Positions 47,052-55,365 of a stretch of DNA of 62,076 bases are shown here, piece by piece. The stretch is taken from the IMG/VR virus record IMGVR_UViG_3300023235_000025; one strand, written 5' to 3'. Numbering within the stretch: position 1 is the stretch's first letter; each line of letters starts with the position of its first letter. The notes beneath the pieces are model-generated. The model was not told the origin of the DNA and did not search any database. It saw only the letters and a list, made by a program, of their open reading frames with translations. A program made the position numbers and the translations under genes. This DNA is from a virus.

Positions 47052-47409
47052 ATTAACGCCATTACTCGAAAAATTAGCAGAAAATCTAGGCACTACCACA
47101 GAATATCTTTGGGGAATATTAATGAAGCAAGCGATGATTAGCGCAATATCTGACCTTATTTTCATGGCTATTGTTGCTGTTGCAGGATATTATGCATTCA
47201 AAGCTCATGTGTATATGAGTGGAAAAGAAGAGTTTGAATATGACAATCGGTACGAAGATAATCTTGCGCTTGCTATAGGTATGGTTGTGATTATTGGTGC
47301 TTTTTTTATATGCTCAATTGGGGCAATATCATCTATTCCTAACATTATCAACGGCTTCTTTCATCCTGAATTTTGGGCATTTGATTATATAATGGGTAGA
47401 TTAAGGTAA
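47044..47409 (+). CDS. Membrane protein (2 predicted TM helices)
   Basis: Hydrophobic stretches ISDLIFMAIVAVAGYYAF and LALAIGMVVIIGAFFICSIGAI. Confidence 0.55.
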   Translation: MNELTPLLEKLAENLGTTTEYLWGILMKQAMISAISDLIFMAIVAVAGYYAFKAHVYMSGKEEFEYDNRYEDNLALAIGMVVIIGAFFICSIGAISSIPNIINGFFHPEFWAFDYIMGRLR

Positions 47410-47411
47410 CC

Positions 47412-47690
47412 ATGCAAATATTAGAATTCATCATGTCAAAATTCCCGAAGAACGGGTATCTGCTTCATTTTGTATTGGCTATGGTAGTTGGGTTTTTAGC
47501 AGCCATAGCAAATAAGGATGAATTAGGCTACGGACTAATCATTGGCCTTGCTGCCGGAAAAGAAACCGGAGACATTGCCAGGAACAAGTATAGCAACATT
47601 GAGAACGTTTTAGACTTCTTCTTTACGATTGCTGGTGGTATTTTAGGTGTGTTTTTAGGTGGAGTGGTAAGGTGGTGGTATGGAAGCTAA
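47412..47690 (+). CDS. Membrane protein (2-3 predicted TM helices)
   Basis: Hydrophobic stretches YLLHFVLAMVVGFLAAI, GLIIGLAAG and FFFTIAGGILGVFLGGVV. Confidence 0.55.
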   Translation: MQILEFIMSKFPKNGYLLHFVLAMVVGFLAAIANKDELGYGLIIGLAAGKETGDIARNKYSNIENVLDFFFTIAGGILGVFLGGVVRWWYGS

Positions 47691-48088
47691 GGAATTAAGG
47701 ATTGGGAATAAATTGCAAAAGGATAATGGTGAGATATTCACCGTTTTAAGGCTTGATAATACAGATGATATTTTAGTCGAGGAACAAAGAGGGTTATTAA
47801 CACTTGGATATAATCTGTTTGGTATTCCGGTCACAGAGGAATGGTATAATAAGTTTGGCGCAAAAAAAAAACGGATTCAATAATTTTGAGTATAGAATTG
47901 ATCACAATAAAGTCGTACTGTTCAGTGGTGATTATGTATTTTTAAGAGAGGAAAACGACAATGGAAAATCTTTTGAAGACGATGTAGTTACCTTATGGAA
48001 TAATGACACAAAAAAAAGATCTATAAAATTACATGAGTGGCAAACCCTATACTTCGCATTAACCGGAGGAGAACTAGAAATTAAATAA
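47680..48088 (+). pseudogene. Conserved phage gene split by a frameshift at an A10 run (47862-47871)
   Basis: ORF 47680..47883 ends ...GIPVTEEWYNKFGAKKKRIQ*. ORF 47804..48088 continues in the +1 frame: ...KKNGFNNFEY...LHEWQTLYFALTGGELEIK. Removing one A joins them. Confidence 0.55.
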
Positions 48089-48090
48089 CT

Positions 48091-48237
48091 ATGAAAACGA
48101 CAAAATACAGAATCGAAAGGGATTTACTTGAGATACCCGTAATCATTAAAGATATTCGGGCAAAAATAGAATCTATAAATGAATCGCTTCAAGCTTTGGA
48201 ATCTGTCTGTAGGTGGAAAAAAGAAAAAGAATCATGA
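48091..48237 (+). CDS. Small hypothetical protein (48 aa)
   Basis: ORF below the track cutoff. ATGA overlap with the next gene. Confidence 0.4.
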   Translation: MKTTKYRIERDLLEIPVIIKDIRAKIESINESLQALESVCRWKKEKES

Positions 48238-48533
48238 GTATGACAGATAATTTTTCAAAAAGAATCGAAGAATTCTTATCCTCAGAGTGTTGTGATTACG
48301 ACCTTTCTTATAGGTGGGAGTGGAACGAAGATACCGGATGCTGTGAGGCGGAAATAAAAAGAGACGACTACACACAGTATGTTAAATCACTTAATTTCAA
48401 GTATAGAGAAGGGGATGATGACCTGGAAATAGAACTGTCAGAAGATTCTTTTTATGTAACTAGGGAATTTGATCAAACAGTTAAATATTTTTGGATGCTT
48501 ATTTCTCCCACATTATTCCCACCGAGCGGTTAG
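48234..48533 (+). CDS. Hypothetical acidic protein
   Basis: ATG at 48234 within track ORF 48213..48533. Confidence 0.5.
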   Translation: MSMTDNFSKRIEEFLSSECCDYDLSYRWEWNEDTGCCEAEIKRDDYTQYVKSLNFKYREGDDDLEIELSEDSFYVTREFDQTVKYFWMLISPTLFPPSG

Positions 48534-48612
48534 CCAAACATGAGTCGTGAACAAAATAGAAAGAGAGACAGGATAGAATAAGAAAAGAAACCAAATAATA
48601 AATCAACAAACC

Positions 48613-48768
48613 ATGAAAAATCTACTATTAATACTCGCATTGCTAATTTTAAACTCTTGTATCGGTTCACGACATTACAGGACTGAGAATTATAAGATTG
48701 GTTACGGGGTGAGCCCGGCTAAAGCTTATCAAAAACATTGGAATTCACATTTAATCAAGGGGAGATGA
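48613..48768 (+). CDS. Small putative lipoprotein (51 aa)
   Basis: MKNLLLILALLILNSC: signal peptide followed by a Cys lipobox-like site. Confidence 0.5.
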   Translation: MKNLLLILALLILNSCIGSRHYRTENYKIGYGVSPAKAYQKHWNSHLIKGR

Positions 48769-49013
48769 AAACGACAAACAAAACAATCACAATATATTTA
48801 CTAATCCTTTTTTGGGTATTGTTCTGGTGCCTGTCTTGTAGCCCACGGATAACCACATTAAATTTGACTGGTGAGGTAATTGAAAAACAATGTAATAGGG
48901 CAACAATCCTATTCAAGACAACGAACGGAAAAAGTTATTCGTACGACTACTTTCTGGTAGGCGATTCCGTTCAGGTTGGTGATGGAGCTGAGATAATATT
49001 TAAACGCAAATAA
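48765..49013 (+). CDS. Small putative lipoprotein/membrane protein
   Basis: ITIYLLILFWVLFWCLSCSP. ATGA overlap with the upstream lipoprotein ORF. Confidence 0.5.
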   Translation: MKTTNKTITIYLLILFWVLFWCLSCSPRITTLNLTGEVIEKQCNRATILFKTTNGKSYSYDYFLVGDSVQVGDGAEIIFKRK

Positions 49014-49016
49014 CCC

Positions 49017-49367
49017 ATGGAAGTAACAACAATATTTCAAATAATCGTAGTGGTATTCGGATTCGGTGTAGGCACTGGATTACTTATTATTTTTCTAATG
49101 ATCAAATACGCTGTAACTGGTGATGAAGAGGAAAAAACATGCATTATATCTAATCAATGCCTAAAATGTAAAGGCGATGGGCAGTTATGGTATTATAATG
49201 AAATGAATGTTTGCCCTGATTGCATGGGTAGTGGAGAAACATATATTCTTGGTCCAAAAACAATGGAGAATGTTCATAACAAGGAAGTATTTATTAGGAA
49301 TAAAGAGGCATGGCTAGACAGCGCTAAGAAATTGGGAATAATAAAGAACACAGGGAGGTTTAGATAG
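49017..49367 (+). CDS. Membrane-anchored protein with two CxxCxGxG zinc-finger motifs
   Basis: N-terminal TM helix IFQIIVVVFGFGVGTGLLIIFLMI, then CLKCKGDG and CPDCMGSG. Confidence 0.55.
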   Translation: MEVTTIFQIIVVVFGFGVGTGLLIIFLMIKYAVTGDEEEKTCIISNQCLKCKGDGQLWYYNEMNVCPDCMGSGETYILGPKTMENVHNKEVFIRNKEAWLDSAKKLGIIKNTGRFR

Positions 49368-49375
49368 AATTAACT

Positions 49376-49684
49376 ATGAGCGACGACCAAAAATTAGAAT
49401 TAGGAATTGAAATAGTGGCAGCAATGAAAGCCACTTGTTACACTTCTTGGGACATTGAAACAGGCAGGATTGATGCCCTGATGGAAACCGAGACCGATAG
49501 AATGGAGGGGGTAACGAAGGAAGATTGGGACGATTTCACCCCCCAGCAGAAGAAAAGGTTTAAAATGTTCTGTGAGTCAGAGAAGAGAATACTACACAAG
49601 CAAGCTTTATTCGTAGCAGGGGCGGCTATTAAAAAGTATCAGGAGATTTTCACTAAAAACAACTCTAAAAATAATAAAGGATGA
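49376..49684 (+). CDS. Hypothetical protein
   Basis: 102-aa ORF. Confidence 0.5.
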   Translation: MSDDQKLELGIEIVAAMKATCYTSWDIETGRIDALMETETDRMEGVTKEDWDDFTPQQKKRFKMFCESEKRILHKQALFVAGAAIKKYQEIFTKNNSKNNKG

Positions 49685-50298
49685 AGGTACTGAGCTTAAA
49701 AATACTGGTAGGATGCGAAGAAAGTCAAGCGGTAACGGTAGAGCTTAGAAAACGTGGACACGAAGCGTATTCTTGTGACTTACAAAACTGTAGTGGAGGA
49801 CGTCCTGAATGGCACTTAAAAATGGATGTGCTTAAGGCTATAGAGTTAAAAGAGTGGGATATAGGGATATTCTTCCCTGATTGCACCTACCTAACCATAA
49901 GCGCCAATAAATGGTATAAAGACATGCCACCCAGAAAAAGCGGTGTTTTGGTCGGGGCAAAAAGGAGAGAAGCGAGAGAAAAGGCTATTGAGTTCTTTTT
50001 AAGGTTGTATAATTCAAAAATACCTAAAATAGCTATAGAAAACCCGATAGGAGTAATGAGTTCTAGGTTTAGAAAGCCGGATCAGGTATTGCAGCCATGG
50101 ATGTTTGGTCATGGGGAAACTAAAGCAACCTGTTTATGGCTTAAAAACTTACCAATATTAGAGCCTACCAATATAGTGGATGGTAGGTATCCAAGAATTC
50201 ATTTACTCCCAAACATAAAAGACAGAGCAAAACTTAGAAGCAAAACTTACCAAGGAATCGCAGAAGCAATGGCTTCTCAATGGACTTTAAATTCATAA
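49681..50298 (+). CDS. Dcm-fold-like small protein (putative DNA-modification family, function unproven)
   Basis: 205 aa. ILVGCEESQ in place of motif I, FFPDCTYLT resembles the PC motif IV, IENP resembles motif VI, and the C-terminus reads RSKTYQGIAEAMASQW. Confidence 0.5.
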   Translation: MKVLSLKILVGCEESQAVTVELRKRGHEAYSCDLQNCSGGRPEWHLKMDVLKAIELKEWDIGIFFPDCTYLTISANKWYKDMPPRKSGVLVGAKRREAREKAIEFFLRLYNSKIPKIAIENPIGVMSSRFRKPDQVLQPWMFGHGETKATCLWLKNLPILEPTNIVDGRYPRIHLLPNIKDRAKLRSKTYQGIAEAMASQWTLNS

Positions 50299-50436
50299 CA
50301 AATAACAAATAACAACCATGGCAAAAATAGATATTACTTACCAATAAGAAACTATAATGGAAGCGCATCTCTTCAAGTTAAAAGGTTATACTTCCGACAA
50401 ATCAATTAAAGTAGACATGCTAGCTCCAAAAGGATT

Positions 50437-50928
50437 ATGACAAATAAACTAATACTCGGTGATTGCTTGGAAAAGATGAAAATGATCCCAGACGGAAGTA
50501 TAGACTTAGTGTTCTCAGATCTACCGTATGGGAAAACAAAAAATAAATGGGACGTCGTTATAGATCCAGTCAAGCTTTGGGTAGAAGTGTGGAGGGTGGC
50601 CAAACCAAACGCAGCCGTATTATTTTTTGGACAGGATAAGTTTTCGGCAATGATGATGCTGAGCGACCCTAATCATCGATATAATATTATATGGGAAAAG
50701 ACCACAGTAACAAACCCCTTCAATGCTAAAAAGATGCCTATGAGGTGCCATGAAGATATAATGGTATTCTACAGGTCTTTACCAACCTATAATCCCCAAA
50801 TGACCCACGGGCACCAAAGAAAGGTATCATCAGCGATACATAAAAGGAATAGCAAGAAAACCACAAACTACGGGGATCATAAAGCCACCTCTTACGATAG
50901 TACCTCCAGATACCCTAGGAGTGTATAA
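50437..50928 (+). pseudogene. Truncated beta-class DNA methyltransferase (N-terminal half only)
   Basis: Motif IV DLVFSDLPYG and ...SRYPRSV are followed by a stop. The AdoMet-binding half (HPTQKP...FxGSGTT) is absent from all three downstream frames. Confidence 0.7.
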
Positions 50929-51005
50929 AAATAGTTTAAGAAGCCGGAATAGAAATACCAAGAGCTTATAAATTAGGGTATTCTAATAATAACTGTCTTC
51001 AAACC

Positions 51006-51329
51006 ATGTGTATTAAAGGTGGTATTGGGTATTGGCAAAAAGTAGGCAGGGATGACCCAAGTAAATTTAATGCCATGGCTGATTTAGAACACGAGCTAAC
51101 CGACGATAAAGGGGAACCAGTGACAATGCTGAAAGATCAAAGCAAAGGCGGTGGATTGGTATTCTTAAAACCACACCCTGATTATCCAGAAATAAAAGAC
51201 ATCTCAATAATGAAAGGGAGAGAACCTAAACCATTAACTGATTGTAATGGATTTTGTGGAACTAATCTGTTCGGTAAAAAGAACGAGACTGAGGATGAGA
51301 TAAATTTTCCTAAAGACAATTTGCAATGA
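51006..51329 (+). CDS. Hypothetical protein
   Basis: 107-aa ORF. Confidence 0.5.
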   Translation: MCIKGGIGYWQKVGRDDPSKFNAMADLEHELTDDKGEPVTMLKDQSKGGGLVFLKPHPDYPEIKDISIMKGREPKPLTDCNGFCGTNLFGKKNETEDEINFPKDNLQ

Positions 51330-51518
51330 ACTACCGGAAAAATTATGTATAAACGATAGCTTGGGGTTATAAAGGGTTTTACACAAATTGAAACTAAAAA
51401 GAAAACGAAAATCTGCTGACCGGGTGGGTTCCGATTTTCTTTTTTCGGTTTTGGTTTTGGTTTTCAAGCGGTTAAACGTTTGATTGATAACATATCAAGC
51501 CAGTAAATACCGTTTGAT

Positions 51519-51549
51519 CTATGTAATTATTGGGGTAATAATTACATTA
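51519..51549. repeat. Palindrome ATGTAATTATT-N5-AATAATTACAT
   Basis: 11-bp perfect arms. A near-identical element lies at 61531-61561. Confidence 0.85.
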
Positions 51550-51609
51550 CGCTATCAGTCAATACGTTACATAATGTAAAAGAGAAACGCTGTATTGAGA
51601 GCCATAGCA

Positions 51610-51700
51610 TTTACCGCTTATCAGTTTATTATACCGTTCATGTAACTTTGGTTACTGGTTTAAATCTTTCATTCTTTGGGCTTACTTAAATGAAAAGAAA
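51610..51700 (+). promoter_or_regulatory. Upstream module U1 (TTACCGCT-type, diverged)
   Basis: tttaccgcttatcagtttattataccgttcatgtaac. Confidence 0.5.
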
Positions 51701-51838
51701 ATGTATATAGGGAAAACAATTAAGAGTAAAGACGGGAGAATACTTGTAGTTAGGGAGATAATCTCAAAAAGAAGCTGTGTAGTATCTTATGGCTTTGATA
51801 CAAAGGGTAAAGATGTAGTAGGGGTGATAAGGCTTTAA
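51701..51838 (+). CDS. Small hypothetical protein (45 aa)
   Basis: ORF between module U1 and the terminator at 51858. Confidence 0.35.
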   Translation: MYIGKTIKSKDGRILVVREIISKRSCVVSYGFDTKGKDVVGVIRL

Positions 51839-51857
51839 ATGACCAAAACACTAATTC

Positions 51858-51881
51858 AGGGCTTTAATTAGCCCTTTTTTT
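51858..51881 (+). terminator. Intrinsic terminator
   Basis: AGGGCT-ttaatt-AGCCCT followed by a T7 run. Confidence 0.7.
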
Positions 51882-52132
51882 ATGTCTAAAATAACTAAGG
51901 GTTTAATCGCAATCTTATCAAAATGCAAATTATAGATAATATTATCGATTATTAAAGTGTTTCCCTGGTAATATTGGAGACAAAAACAGATCTTTATTTT
52001 AATAAGGCTGAATAATTCTATAAATAATGCAATCGCTAATTATTGGGAATGTTTAAAATGTTAAGCTATATTTATACGATGATGGCATAACCACCCCAAT
52101 ATTCCTATTCTTTTTTTATTAATTTAGGTTTT

Positions 52133-52483
52133 ATGAAAATCAATAAATATCTAATCTACTACAATACTTTTAGCGCTATTAAAGAATTACTATCTACCTA
52201 TCCTGGATTAAAACTCCCTCAATTGATCGTATTTGGGGCTATTATAGCTATTTCAGAGCATAACAGTGTAGTTAGTCAATATGATGTAACACTACTTAAT
52301 ACTAGCTTGAATAAAGCTTTATCTAAATCAACAACTCAAAGACACATTAACCGGTTAGAATCAGAGGGATTCATAGTTAAAACTAAAAACCCTCAATACT
52401 TTTCAAGATCCTACATCACATTAACAAAAGAAGGTCTTTTGCTTAAGTCCCGTTTATCTTCTCTACTTAATAGATCTTTCTAA
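52133..52483 (+). CDS. Winged-helix transcription regulator (MarR-like)
   Basis: LNKALSKSTTQRHINRLESEGFIVKTKNP...ITLTKEG. Confidence 0.55.
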   Translation: MKINKYLIYYNTFSAIKELLSTYPGLKLPQLIVFGAIIAISEHNSVVSQYDVTLLNTSLNKALSKSTTQRHINRLESEGFIVKTKNPQYFSRSYITLTKEGLLLKSRLSSLLNRSF

Positions 52484-52540
52484 CTCTTAATATTTGGCCT
52501 GACTTGGTATGTGAGGTGGAGGTAAGGGTTTTCGGGCATA

Positions 52541-52649
52541 GTTTACCGCTTATCCTTTCATTTTACCGCTTGTGTAAAAGCGTTAGTTCCTTACTTTTCA
52601 TCCTGCCATATTTGTTTAAATCATTTAAAAAACTAAAGTTATAAACGAA
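52541..52649 (+). promoter_or_regulatory. Upstream module U2 with tandem TTACCGCT boxes
   Basis: gTTTACCGCTTATCctttcatTTTACCGCTTGTGTAAAAGCGTT. 52549-52584 is identical to 53759-53794. Confidence 0.65.
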
Positions 52650-52883
52650 ATGAAAAAATTCAAAACATTCCGAATGTTTATCTCCGCTGCTACAGAGGAG
52701 ATAAAAGATTCTGGAGTTGTCTGCGTTGGCTGGCAACTCCAGAAAGATGGAGAGCAGGAAAACTGCTTCCACTATTTTCATAGCTCAAGTGAGCTATCAA
52801 GATACATTGGGTTAAAAGGCATCGAGTATGCCGAAATCCATACAAAATATAAAGAAGGTAGAATTTACTTTTTTTATGCCTAA
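52650..52883 (+). CDS. Hypothetical protein
   Basis: 77-aa ORF behind module U2. Confidence 0.5.
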   Translation: MKKFKTFRMFISAATEEIKDSGVVCVGWQLQKDGEQENCFHYFHSSSELSRYIGLKGIEYAEIHTKYKEGRIYFFYA

Positions 52884-52889
52884 TTCCCT

Positions 52890-52987
52890 GGCTTACCGCT
52901 CATCACTTTTTAAGACCGCTGGTGTAAAAACGTTTCTTTGCTATCTTGTTTCTCCTTAATATTGTTTCATACTAAACAAAGAAAACC
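52890..52987 (+). promoter_or_regulatory. Upstream module U3
   Basis: gCTTACCGCTCATC...GACCGCTGGTGTAAAAACGTT. 52948-52973 is identical to 53808-53833. Confidence 0.65.
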
Positions 52988-53200
52988 ATGGTAGTTACAA
53001 AAAAAATAAACGATAATTACAATATCACTGTCAAAATTGACAGTGGCAGAATAAGTGATTGGGACTACGATCCCAAACCTGAGGCAGAGATGCCAGTGGC
53101 ATTTCTGAAGAAAGTTAAGGAAACAATTTTGGGCATTGCAATAGAAAACAATGCCGAAATTTGGGCGGTACACGCTCCTTTGTTTATAATAAAAGAATGA
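52988..53200 (+). CDS. Hypothetical protein
   Basis: 70-aa ORF behind module U3. Confidence 0.5.
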   Translation: MVVTKKINDNYNITVKIDSGRISDWDYDPKPEAEMPVAFLKKVKETILGIAIENNAEIWAVHAPLFIIKE

Positions 53201-53215
53201 GGCATTATTTAATTG

Positions 53216-53250
53216 CAGGGAGGAGGATAATTCTTCCCTGTTTTCTTTTT
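53216..53250 (+). terminator. Intrinsic terminator
   Basis: CAGGGAGG, a 9-nt loop, then CTTCCCTG, followed by TTTTCTTTTT. Confidence 0.65.
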
Positions 53251-53280
53251 AATCTATCAACAAATTAAACTATAAACATT

Positions 53281-53697
53281 ATGTATAACAAGAAAAGATT
53301 AGATCCGACCACATTTGAAGGTCGGATGCATTTTGAAGAGTGTGCATTAAGAACACTTTCCTTAATAATAAAAATAAAAGAGAAATCTGATGTATTAGGC
53401 AGCTTCGACTGCTACATTAAAACAGGATTCGAACAAAGTGTTAAGCTCTCAGAGGGCGACACATTTGTCAAAAAATCAGGTGGTCTACCAAAAAAATATG
53501 TAGATGTGGCAACTTTGCCACTACATATTTTAAGACAGATAAAATATCTTCCAATGGGGGAATATAGTAACGGGAAGTTACTTGCCTATGTAGGTGAGTA
53601 TATTCCCCACAACCATAAAGGAGGGAATTTAGTGCAGTACAAAGGCGAACCACTATTCGCCAAAGAATTAAATTATTTTTTTAAAGTCTGCTGTTAA
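53281..53697 (+). CDS. Hypothetical protein
   Basis: 138-aa ORF. Confidence 0.5.
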   Translation: MYNKKRLDPTTFEGRMHFEECALRTLSLIIKIKEKSDVLGSFDCYIKTGFEQSVKLSEGDTFVKKSGGLPKKYVDVATLPLHILRQIKYLPMGEYSNGKLLAYVGEYIPHNHKGGNLVQYKGEPLFAKELNYFFKVCC

Positions 53698-53707
53698 TAA
53701 TATTTGC

Positions 53708-53740
53708 CCAGGCTCTCTTCGGAGGGCTTGGCTTTTTCTT
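53708..53740 (+). terminator. Intrinsic terminator with UUCG tetraloop
   Basis: CCAGGCTCTC-ttcg-GAGGGCTTGG (10 pairs including 2 G-U), followed by CTTTTTCTT. Confidence 0.75.
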
Positions 53741-53755
53741 ACACCAAACAAAAAA

Positions 53756-53848
53756 CCTCTTATCCTTTCATTTTACCGCTTGTGTAAAAGCGTTTCTTTA
53801 CTACCTCGTTTCTCCTTAATATTGTTTCATACTTAAACAATCAAAACC
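53756..53848 (+). promoter_or_regulatory. Upstream module U4 (mosaic of U2 5' box and U3 3' part)
   Basis: 36 nt are identical to U2 and 26 nt are identical to U3. Confidence 0.65.
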
Positions 53849-54130
53849 ATGCAAATTACAAGGGAAGAATTTCAAAATATGATAGAGAATTATGGTCATC
53901 ATATGAGTGTGAGAGTGCCTGTAACTGATAAACTTACAGCCGAAACTATCATGAGAACAGTGCTAAATAATGGAATGCCGTATAACCCATATGGAACACA
54001 TTCTCAGCAAATGGGAATGTCTAGTAATATGGAAAACGCTAAAACAGCGATGAGTTTCGTAAAAAGAGCAGCGACAGTCTACTCTAACGTATTTCAACAC
54101 ACCACAGGGGATTATACTATAATTGATTAA
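53849..54130 (+). CDS. Hypothetical protein
   Basis: 93-aa ORF behind module U4. Confidence 0.5.
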   Translation: MQITREEFQNMIENYGHHMSVRVPVTDKLTAETIMRTVLNNGMPYNPYGTHSQQMGMSSNMENAKTAMSFVKRAATVYSNVFQHTTGDYTIID

Positions 54131-54132
54131 TC

Positions 54133-54342
54133 ATGAGTATTAAAGAGGTAATTCAGTCGGATAACTGGGTATTGACTAACGTAATGCAGGGGTCAGGATC
54201 ATACCGAGTTGATGCTAAAAAAAGGTTCCCTTCATCTGGAGATAACTTTTTCAGCAAATGGGGGAGTAAAAAATACATTGACTCCTTAGTAATGTCCCGA
54301 TATGGGAAGAAAACAAGTGATTTAAATTCATTTTCATACTAA
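54133..54342 (+). CDS. Hypothetical protein
   Basis: 69-aa ORF. Confidence 0.5.
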   Translation: MSIKEVIQSDNWVLTNVMQGSGSYRVDAKKRFPSSGDNFFSKWGSKKYIDSLVMSRYGKKTSDLNSFSY

Positions 54343-54357
54343 AAAACAAACTAAATC

Positions 54358-54537
54358 ATGAAAAAGATACTAATTAGAAAAGGCAAGAAAATAAAAGGGT
54401 TTGTAGGGCGCAATTCAGACGGGTTTTATTATGCGTTTGGTAGGCCTTCGCAAGATAGTTATATCTCATTTACCTGTGAGTCTATTGAACAGGGTATTGC
54501 TAGAATAGAAATGCATACCAATGAAGGGAACATTTAA
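54358..54537 (+). CDS. Hypothetical protein (59 aa)
   Basis: ORF below the track cutoff that fills the 54343-54546 gap. Confidence 0.4.
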   Translation: MKKILIRKGKKIKGFVGRNSDGFYYAFGRPSQDSYISFTCESIEQGIARIEMHTNEGNI

Positions 54538-54546
54538 ACTAAAAAC

Positions 54547-54771
54547 ATGGAATTAATACAAACAACTCCTGAGTTAGCCTTTTCAATTTTAAAGGTAGGT
54601 AACAGAAAGATAAAAGCTACAAAAGGTAATGGTATATTTACCGTTAATTCAATGAATATAAATAATATGACATTCAGATTATCCTTCATGAAAGGGGGAG
54701 AAACGCAATGTAACTGCGAAGACTATGTATTTTATATTCAGGTTCCTAAAAATTCAAAACAAGTTTATTAA
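54547..54771 (+). CDS. Hypothetical protein
   Basis: 74-aa ORF. Confidence 0.5.
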   Translation: MELIQTTPELAFSILKVGNRKIKATKGNGIFTVNSMNINNMTFRLSFMKGGETQCNCEDYVFYIQVPKNSKQVY

Positions 54772-54788
54772 TTCTACTTACCTCTTAC

Positions 54789-54817
54789 CCCTGTTATTAG
54801 TTTAACAGGGTTTTTTT
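54789..54817 (+). terminator. Intrinsic terminator
   Basis: CCCTGTTA-ttagtt-TAACAGGG followed by a T7 run. Confidence 0.75.
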
Positions 54818-54970
54818 ATGTCCTTACATTTGGCCGGATTTAGTGTATAACCACCCATAAAGTATTTTTGCCGTTCGTGTATTACAATTTTCAAACATTA
54901 AAACTTATGCCTATATTTAGATTCAATTAAGTACTACACAAACAAACAAACAAACTAAAATCAAATACCT

Positions 54971-55282
54971 ATGAAAACGCTAATTGCAATTGTCGGGTTA
55001 TTTGCTATAATGGCATTTATCCCTATCGAATTTACTGGAGATGGACCGCCGGATAAACCAGACATTGAAGCCTCAGACTGTTTTAATTACGATGTGGCTC
55101 CTGTTTTCTACCAATCCTCTATTCCTATTATTGCTTCAATGTTTATGCTAAGCGAAAAGGGAGAAAAGGCTAAAAATGAAAACTTCTTTACAAATTATCC
55201 TGTACCATATAAATTTAATGTACAGAATGACATATTAAGAAGCCAGATAGCAACCAATTATAAAGCAAGGGAATTGAACTGA
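54971..55282 (+). CDS. Secreted or membrane-anchored hypothetical protein
   Basis: N-terminus MKTLIAIVGLFAIMAFIPIEF. Confidence 0.5.
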   Translation: MKTLIAIVGLFAIMAFIPIEFTGDGPPDKPDIEASDCFNYDVAPVFYQSSIPIIASMFMLSEKGEKAKNENFFTNYPVPYKFNVQNDILRSQIATNYKARELN

Positions 55283-55318
55283 TAAAACGACAAATATCAA
55301 TTTCTGTAAATACAAAAA

Positions 55319-55350
55319 ATACCCGTACTAGACATACGGGTATTTTTTTT
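55319..55350 (+). terminator. Intrinsic terminator (A-run / stem / T-run, potentially bidirectional)
   Basis: aaaaaATACCCGTA-ctagaca-TACGGGTAtttttttt. Confidence 0.8.
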
Positions 55351-55365
55351 ACCCAATTTCCAGGT

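Noticed and set aside
51234-51467. Minus-strand ORF 51234..51467
   Set aside because: It overlaps the 3' end of plus-strand ORF 51006..51329 and extends into the palindrome- and microsatellite-rich non-coding region. It has no flanking minus-strand genes.
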